Source: Patescibacteria group bacterium
GTDB taxonomy: Bacteria; Patescibacteriota; Minisyncoccia; Phycocordibacterales; XYD1-FULL-46-19
Length of the DNA stretch: 61,898 nucleotides
Direction of reading: 5' to 3'
NCBI GenBank assembly: GCA_048617235.1
Contig: JBMCHT010000002.1
Location: 1-61,898, forward strand
The notes below the pieces were generated by a model. The model was given only the letters and a program-made list of their open reading frames with translations, had not been told where the DNA came from and did not search any database. Both the position numbers and the translations under genes were made by a program. Positions 55,947 through 61,898 of the stretch are shown here, in pieces; positions within the stretch are counted from its first letter, which is position 1; each line of letters opens with the position of its first letter.

Positions 55947-56356
55947 TTATCAAAAAGTAAGTAATGTTTTAATTCGGAAACAGGCACCCACTTGTAAGTT
56001 CGCACTTCACCGTCTTTTTGATAGATTTCATGATCGGAACCAACAAAACGAAAACCAAAAAAATATCTCTCTGAACCTTCATATGCTACTCCATCACACT
56101 CCATTGTTATGGCTTTAAATTTAAATAGTACCGGTACCTGACTTCTGCCCACCAACTCAAGAGAGTCCTCTTTTAGACCAAGTTCTTCGTCCAACTCTCG
56201 GTAAATCGCCCTCTCTAATTCTTCTCCGGGTTCAACTCCACCTCCGGGAACTGCAAAATATTTAAGGTTAAAAGACTCTAAATTAACCAAAAGAAACTCT
56301 TGATTATCATTCATTACCAGACCGGAAACTCCTTTTCGATACATATTAATACTCAA
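55901..56356 (-). CDS. NUDIX hydrolase
   Basis: Nudix box GGGVEPGEELERAIYRELDEELGL. Confidence 0.85.
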   Translation of the reverse strand: MSINMYRKGVSGLVMNDNQEFLLVNLESFNLKYFAVPGGGVEPGEELERAIYRELDEELGLKEDSLELVGRSQVPVLFKFKAITMECDGVAYEGSERYFFGFRFVGSDHEIYQKDGEVRTYKWVPVSELKHYLLFDNQLEQTIEKIEEMFS

Positions 56357-56596
56357 AAAAATTATCTCCCCTCATTTTCTTCAGGTTCTTCCTTTCTTAT
56401 CTTTAAAACATCTTTTTTCTCAATAAAATCTTCAGCCGTAATTCTTTCAATAGATCATTTAAATAATAGTTTTCTGATGGGTGAAGTGTAACACCTGTCG
56501 AAATGCAACCAAACTCAGATCTCTGAGTGAAAGAAAGAAAAGAAGGTGATGTTATATCCAATTTTGGGTGGACTTTTTGTTTTATTAGATTTTTCC

Positions 56597-57613
56597 TTAC
56601 CGATTACCAGGGACATCTGCTGGAGCGCCTCGCTCTTCAGCCGGTATACCGTCTCCGTCGTCGTCAACATCTCGAGCATCGATAGAATTTTCTGGAACGG
56701 AACGCTCTGATGATGATACCTCCTCGGATACTGGAGGTTGTGTTTGAGTTGACTGTCCAGCTTCCGTAGGAGCACCTCGCTCCATTAATTTCGGAGTACT
56801 CTTATCCATCGCTTTGTCAATACTTGCTTTTGCTTCTTCAGGTACTCGTTCCCGAACTTCAGAAAGAATCTCAAGATGGCGAGCAGTTGCTCGTTCTACC
56901 AATTCTTCAACTGTGGTTTCTCCAGACTGAAGACCTTCAGCAAGATCTGCAATTTCATTGCCAAATTCAGCGTACTGTTCAAACTCAGCAAGTATATCTT
57001 CCGTCTCTTCTTTATCTTCTCCACCATCACGATTAGCCTCTGCTTCAGCGGCACGAAGACGCCCTTCCGCCGCTCGATCAAAAATTTCCACTGCTCGTTC
57101 CGGGTCACGCTGTGCAATGCCACGCAATGCTTCGAGTTGACCAGTCATAGAACTTTCTTTTGCCGCTTCAATGGATGCTCTTGCTTCTTCCGGAACACGG
57201 TCGAGAACCTCATCGAGTACGCTGAGATGTTTAGTGGTGGAATCGGTCACGCGCGCGAGTAAATCAATGTCTGGCATTGAATCACCTTCACTATTTACAA
57301 CACGCTCTGCGCGTTCCTTTGCTTTGGCCACTTGTTCTTCATAACGATCCACAGCTACTTGTGCACGTTCATCACCATCTTCTGCAAGCATTTTTGCTTC
57401 CGCTAAACGTTCTTCAGCAAGAGTTAGATACCGTTCAACTTTCGCTGAGTTTCCAAAAGTAAAGAAAGTACCAATTCCCTCAAAAAAACGTTCAGCAAAA
57501 TAAAACGGGCTAGCCGGTGTACTACCGGCTTCGGACAATGTATCTTCCTGAGCTAGAGCCGGTGTGACTAATAGCATTAGCACAAGCACAGGAATAAATA
57601 ATATATTTTTCAT
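56597..57613 (-). CDS. secreted helical-repeat protein with a DUF5667-like N-terminal domain and an acidic C-terminal tail
   Basis: Signal peptide, then PASPFYFAERFFEGI. Internal duplication reads LSVLDEVLDRVPEEARASIEAAKE / LEILSEVRERVPEEAKASIDKAMD. Confidence 0.65.
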   Translation of the reverse strand: MKNILFIPVLVLMLLVTPALAQEDTLSEAGSTPASPFYFAERFFEGIGTFFTFGNSAKVERYLTLAEERLAEAKMLAEDGDERAQVAVDRYEEQVAKAKERAERVVNSEGDSMPDIDLLARVTDSTTKHLSVLDEVLDRVPEEARASIEAAKESSMTGQLEALRGIAQRDPERAVEIFDRAAEGRLRAAEAEANRDGGEDKEETEDILAEFEQYAEFGNEIADLAEGLQSGETTVEELVERATARHLEILSEVRERVPEEAKASIDKAMDKSTPKLMERGAPTEAGQSTQTQPPVSEEVSSSERSVPENSIDARDVDDDGDGIPAEERGAPADVPGNR

Positions 57614-57826
57614 AATAATAAATAGTTAATTTTGTAATGTATAAAATTTAGTAATTGACTATATATAGTATATCATTAACACTCATTAGATACAATTTCT
57701 TGCCTTAAAGTATTCTGTAACATTTGGTTAGTATCTACCATTTAATATCCTAGCTTGGTCTTGAAACTTTGCGAAGCAGATTGGTGCTGAAAAACAAAAA
57801 GTTAAGTTTGGAATAAAAATATTCAA

Positions 57827-58378
57827 TTAGTCCTTAAAAACATTTAACAGATTAGGAAACTCAGTATATCCAGCTAATTCATTTAGGTGGCCTCCCCTTT
57901 TTATTAACCTAACTTTAACTCCTAGTTTTTCTGCAAGGTCTTCTGCTTCTTTAACCGGCACATATGGATCATTATCACCATGGAAAATAGCTATTTTTTG
58001 TGAATTGATTATTATACGCCCCCAGTCAAAATCTTTATTGTAAAAACTATTGTTGATCTTATCAAAATCTTCGTTGTCCAAATCATGCAGGAATCCAGAT
58101 ACAAAAACGGAAGTTTTTATCGGGTCACTTATATGTTCGAGAATAGAAAGTAGAAATACTGCACCGATACTATGACCAATTAGAACTGATTCACTACCTA
58201 GCTTATTTAAATATGGAGTAACAACCTTCAACCAACTCTCTAAATTTTGATCTTGTGGTGTTGGAAATGCGGGGGTAATCACTTCATAGTCGAGTCCCTC
58301 TAGCTCATTTTTTACCCAAGGAATCCAATTCTCATATGGATTCCCATATGCACCATGAATAATTAAAGCAGTTTTCAT
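57827..58378 (-). CDS. YdeN/RBBP9-family serine hydrolase
   Basis: LIIHG...NW and GHSIG elbow. The ATG at 58378 forms an ATGA overlap with the upstream stop. Confidence 0.7.
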   Translation of the reverse strand: MKTALIIHGAYGNPYENWIPWVKNELEGLDYEVITPAFPTPQDQNLESWLKVVTPYLNKLGSESVLIGHSIGAVFLLSILEHISDPIKTSVFVSGFLHDLDNEDFDKINNSFYNKDFDWGRIIINSQKIAIFHGDNDPYVPVKEAEDLAEKLGVKVRLIKRGGHLNELAGYTEFPNLLNVFKD

Positions 58379-59160
58379 AAATGATTCTTGAGCCAATTAT
58401 CGACTGCCACTTTGATCGCCTCTAGATCTTCTTTACTTCGATATGTATGAGGTGCTCCTTCAATTAACTCAAAATCTTTACAACCTTCTGGTATAGCGTC
58501 AAAAAGTTGCTTTATATGATCAGGAGGACAAGATTGATCCTTAGAACCAACAATAAGCAAGGTTGGCATAGTTATCTTGTCTGCATTTGAGAGAAGGTTG
58601 TGATTGAGTCGTTCTGCCATAGATTCCCAAGTCATTCGCTTCACTACACCTAGACGAGAACTACTGGTCGTTTCTTTTATACCCTCTTGTTTCCACTGTT
58701 CAAGGGCACCTGGTTCAAAACGCTCATGTGCCTCAAAACTTAATTCTCCTGATACTACAGGAGCCACTGGCACAAGTAAGTCAACTTCGTCAGAATACTT
58801 CTCGGCATAACGAGCGACAGCGTAACCTCCCATTGAATGACCTGTTATAGCTAGGGGTTTTTGAAACCACCCTTGTTTTTGAACCCACTTTACAACATCT
58901 TCTAAATCCTCATAATGAAGACCTAGAGTAGAATCTATAAACTCGCCATCACTTTCGTTAAAAGAATTAGTTGTATCAAAGTTAAATACAATAAAACCGT
59001 TCTCGAGGAATACATCTTTCATTACCTGAATATGGTCTTGTTCTTTAAAACCACTGTACCCATGCTGAACAATGCAAATACCTTTAATTTCTTCAATCGG
59101 TTTTTCCAGAACCCCGACTATTTTTTGATTCTTTCTGTTTTGTAGAATTATTTTTTCCAT
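58375..59160 (-). CDS. alpha/beta hydrolase
   Basis: GHSMGG elbow. Start set at MEKIILQ, 1 nt after the upstream stop. Confidence 0.75.
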   Translation of the reverse strand: MEKIILQNRKNQKIVGVLEKPIEEIKGICIVQHGYSGFKEQDHIQVMKDVFLENGFIVFNFDTTNSFNESDGEFIDSTLGLHYEDLEDVVKWVQKQGWFQKPLAITGHSMGGYAVARYAEKYSDEVDLLVPVAPVVSGELSFEAHERFEPGALEQWKQEGIKETTSSSRLGVVKRMTWESMAERLNHNLLSNADKITMPTLLIVGSKDQSCPPDHIKQLFDAIPEGCKDFELIEGAPHTYRSKEDLEAIKVAVDNWLKNHL

Positions 59161-59161
59161 A

Positions 59162-59707
59162 TTAATCAACTGTATACTCCCAACCCGGCTGCCAAGACTT
59201 AGTCTTTCGCCAATCATTAGCAAATGCCTCCTCCCAAGTCATTCCTTTAAGCAAAACATCAAGAGCAAGCTGGGGAGCTTTGTGAGCAACAATGGCTATA
59301 TGTTTTCCATCGTAATCTCTCTTGAGATCTTCAAGAAATGAGGAAATACGCTTTTTTACGTCCTCGTAGCTTTCGCCATTTGGCATCGGTGTGTTTATAG
59401 CTTGCTCTTGAAGTGGCTCAACCTCTTCTGACGGTTTGCCATTGTAATCACCGTAGTTACACTCTCGCAAGCGTTCATCCTCAATAATCGGATACACATC
59501 CCCGAAAACAAGATCAGCTGTATTTTTTGCTCGCTTTAAATCTGAGCAAAAAACTGTAACAAAATTCTTATCTTTGGTTTGTTCCTTAAGATTTTTTGCC
59601 TGTTGTATTCCAAGATCCGAAAGTTCTACATCAGACCAACCGGAAGAAATATGATTTTCATTATCCACGGTCGTACCGTGCACAAAATATGTAATTGTTA
59701 TAGACAT
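59162..59707 (-). CDS. histidine-phosphatase (phosphoglycerate-mutase-like) family protein
   Basis: The N-terminus ITYFVHGTT resembles an RHG motif, and AHKA appears late. The family call is moderate. Confidence 0.55.
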   Translation of the reverse strand: MSITITYFVHGTTVDNENHISSGWSDVELSDLGIQQAKNLKEQTKDKNFVTVFCSDLKRAKNTADLVFGDVYPIIEDERLRECNYGDYNGKPSEEVEPLQEQAINTPMPNGESYEDVKKRISSFLEDLKRDYDGKHIAIVAHKAPQLALDVLLKGMTWEEAFANDWRKTKSWQPGWEYTVD

Positions 59708-59959
59708 CCCCCCATTTAACCACAAAAATTGATTAGACTCTAGGGTTTGTACAATTAACTTTATAAAATGGACGAAGTTTAACTAAACATATTACTGATT
59801 CTAACTCACTTTTTCTTCGGCCGGTCTAATCATACTAAAATAATTGAATATGCATTAATACCAGAGCTGTCTCATCACCTTTTTTAAGGGCTTCAATTTT
59901 AAAATTTGGCTGTTTTTCCATCTTCTCGGACATTTTTTATACTAAACAATAAACTAAAT

Positions 59960-60313
59960 TTAAATAACCTTTATCCCAATTGCGTAAATACCATACTTTG
60001 GAATTCGGTCTTTGTAATTGGAAATATTGTTATGACTTTCAACACCCTCTTCAATATTTCCACCACTGGATAAAACATTCTTTACCCCCTCAGCCTCAAG
60101 CATTGATCTGACATCAACATATTTATTAACAAACAAAACTTCGCAAACCATGGTTTCTTGAGAAGTGTTATTGGTAAATGTAATAGTATCTCCGGTTTTC
60201 ATTTCATCATACCGATTATCTGCTTCATTTTTGGGTGTCCGACCTTCAACTTTTTTGGTTCCAGCTTTAATTGCTTGAAATGGCTTATTATTTAGTTTTA
60301 AGTTGTAATTCAT
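59960..60313 (-). CDS. ASCH-domain protein
   Basis: 117 aa with L...PF.AIKAG.K.VEGR at the start. Confidence 0.6.
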   Translation of the reverse strand: MNYNLKLNNKPFQAIKAGTKKVEGRTPKNEADNRYDEMKTGDTITFTNNTSQETMVCEVLFVNKYVDVRSMLEAEGVKNVLSSGGNIEEGVESHNNISNYKDRIPKYGIYAIGIKVI

Positions 60314-60382
60314 TGTTTTATTTTATTATTTTACATTCTGACAATCTATTTAAAACAAAAATATTTTAAATCTAAATTCAGA

Positions 60383-61699
60383 TTACGGCTCCAGTCTCTT
60401 CACTCCACGATAAATAAACATAGCATCACGAACATTATCTATTCCCAATAATTTCATAATCATTCTATTGGGACCTATACCCAAACCTCCGTGAGGCGGA
60501 CAACCATACTTGAAAAAATTAAGATAGAATTGCAAAGATTCAATATTCATTCCTTTTTCTTTCGCTTGTTTAATAAGAACATTATAACGATGTTCACGCT
60601 GAGCACCTGTAGTTATTTCAAGACCATTCCAGAGTAAATCGAAACTTTTAGTTAAAGTGGGGTTTTCTTCATCACGCATATGATAAAACGGTCGAACATC
60701 AACCGGATATTCAGTAATAAAAACAAATTCATGATTAAATTCTTTTTTTATATATTCCCCGATCTTCCTCTCTTCCTCCGGAGATAAATCACCTTCTTTT
60801 TCTCCCAAAATCCCCATTTCCGAAAGAATTTTCTTCGCCTCTTTCATAGATAATTTAGGAAACGGAATTTGGGGTACAACCACCTCTCTATCAAAAACAC
60901 TTTTTATCTCCTCTCCAAATGAAGTTTTTACTTTTTCAAGTACAAACTGAAGTGCCTTTTCCTCTTCCGCCATTACATCTTTATGGGATTCTATATAGGA
61001 TATCTCCGCATCATAACCTGTAAATTCTGTGGCATGTCTTGAAGTAAATGAAGGTTCAGCCCGAAATACCGGCCCCACTTCAAAAACTCTCTCAAATCCC
61101 GCCGCCATGGCCATTTGTTTATAAAATTGGGGCGACTGAGCCAAATATGCCCGACGATCAAAATATTTCACTGCAAACACTTCCGCTCCGGATTCACTGG
61201 GGGCGGAAATAATTTTAGGTGAATGAATTTCAATGTAATTATTATTTATCCAATATTCTCTCAAAGCCGCCTCTACTTCTGTCCATACTTTGAAAATTAA
61301 TAACCGTTGCGGATTACGAAGATCAAGCCAACGCCAATCAAGACGAGTTGCTTGAGCGGTTTCTCCTTGTTGCCCCTTAACAATAACAGGAATCGGTAAT
61401 TCCGGATCAGCCAATGATAAAACCTTAATCTTTTCCACTTCAATCTCAAATCCCCCTAGCGCTTGTTCTTCTTCTTTAGCAATTCCAATTACTTCAATTA
61501 CAGATTCATGAGTAAGTGTTTTAGCAATTTTCAAGGCCTCGATCTGATGTTTGGTAACCACTATCTGAACCACTCCGGTAATATCTCGAATATGGAAAAA
61601 TTTAATATTCCCCTGATCTCGAATAGTTTGAACAAAACCGGCTATTTTTATTTGTTTACCTATATGTTCTTTAATTGTATTTATATGAAATCTTGACAT
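60383..61699 (-). CDS. aspS: aspartate--tRNA ligase, archaeal/compact class IIb type
   Basis: OB-fold N-domain, FRAE...T.RH..EF motif 2 and a C-terminal GGLGIG....RLEP. Start set at MSRFHIN because the upstream 18 nt belong to the T-box terminator. Confidence 0.85.
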   Translation of the reverse strand: MSRFHINTIKEHIGKQIKIAGFVQTIRDQGNIKFFHIRDITGVVQIVVTKHQIEALKIAKTLTHESVIEVIGIAKEEEQALGGFEIEVEKIKVLSLADPELPIPVIVKGQQGETAQATRLDWRWLDLRNPQRLLIFKVWTEVEAALREYWINNNYIEIHSPKIISAPSESGAEVFAVKYFDRRAYLAQSPQFYKQMAMAAGFERVFEVGPVFRAEPSFTSRHATEFTGYDAEISYIESHKDVMAEEEKALQFVLEKVKTSFGEEIKSVFDREVVVPQIPFPKLSMKEAKKILSEMGILGEKEGDLSPEEERKIGEYIKKEFNHEFVFITEYPVDVRPFYHMRDEENPTLTKSFDLLWNGLEITTGAQREHRYNVLIKQAKEKGMNIESLQFYLNFFKYGCPPHGGLGIGPNRMIMKLLGIDNVRDAMFIYRGVKRLEP

Positions 61700-61898
61700 A
61701 TTTTTAAAAAAAATCACCCTTACAAAATCATCAAAAATTGATGAGCTTGTAAGGGCGATCAGATCGCGGTGCCACCTTACTTTATTTGATATTTACCAAA
61801 CCTTATCGTCGCCTTTCTACGACTTTGAAGCAATAACGGGCTTATCCCGGAGGGTTCTACTTTCCTGTTTGATTACAAGATTTCTTCCCTCGGCTCAG
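61700..61898 (-). promoter_or_regulatory. T-box leader (tRNA-sensing riboswitch) of aspS; the 5' end may lie beyond the window
   Basis: The minus strand carries the T-box sequence AAGGUGGCACCGCG (61778..61765). The terminator stem is CCCUUACAA/UUGUAAGGG (61755..61717) followed by U8. GACGAUA (two Asp codons) lies in a candidate specifier region. Confidence 0.75.

Noticed and set aside
56357-56596. The spacer contains an open frame ending …IERITAEDFIEKKDVLKIRKEEPEENEGR* and a short CTCAG/CTGAG hairpin.
   Set aside because: The frame has no start codon because a TGA lies immediately upstream. The hairpin has only 5 bp. This may be a gene remnant, but it is not callable.
56824-57462. A cluster of 60 to 128-aa ORFs on both strands lies inside the DUF5667-like gene.
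   Set aside because: These are shadow ORFs of a GC-enriched, Ala/Glu/Arg-rich gene. They are low-complexity and have no start context.
59830-59935. A 32-aa minus-strand ORF (MSEKMEKQPNFKIEALKKGDETALVLMHIQLF) lies in the 234-nt spacer between the histidine-phosphatase and ASCH genes.
   Set aside because: It is too short and has no RBS. It may be the remnant of a degraded gene (an alpha/beta-hydrolase-like start), but that cannot be supported from the sequence alone.

Overview
This is a 61.9-kb, gene-dense fragment of a very AT-rich bacterial chromosome. About 70 genes are packed with very short or overlapping junctions, and almost all are on the minus strand. The content is housekeeping genes (tgt, clpB, proS, aspS, typA/bipA, cmk, Glu dehydrogenase), many small membrane or secreted hypothetical proteins, several alpha/beta hydrolases and an alpha-glucan cluster. 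This mix fits a streamlined, possibly Patescibacteria/CPR-like organism, but that is inference only. No rRNA, tRNA, CRISPR array, cas gene, integrase, transposase or reverse transcriptase was recognised. All family calls rest on motifs read by eye in the supplied translations, because no database search was possible. The main observations are these. (1) A strong candidate tRNA-dependent cyclodipeptide synthase lies at 34152..34841. It sits beside DUF134 and DUF5320 genes, a three-gene ABC-2 transporter and an extracytoplasmic thiol-redox set. (2) Conspicuously GC-rich islets are embedded in the AT-rich backbone: 1118..2600, 16.7 kb, 18.6 kb, 25.3 kb, 27.7 kb, 38.2..39.7 kb and 56.6..57.6 kb. 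Most have their own near-consensus promoter, a strong AAGGAGG-type RBS and/or an intrinsic terminator. One of them encodes a J-domain protein operon. (3) An XRE-HTH/Panacea-type antitoxin plus RelE/ParE-like toxin cassette is inserted between a NUDIX gene and its neighbour, flanked by about 90-bp direct repeats. (4) A T-box leader with Asp codons in the putative specifier position precedes aspS. (5) Tandem LRR-protein paralogues are built from 60-bp repeats. (6) A chorismate mutase, TyrA-PheA fusion and aminotransferase cassette is present.
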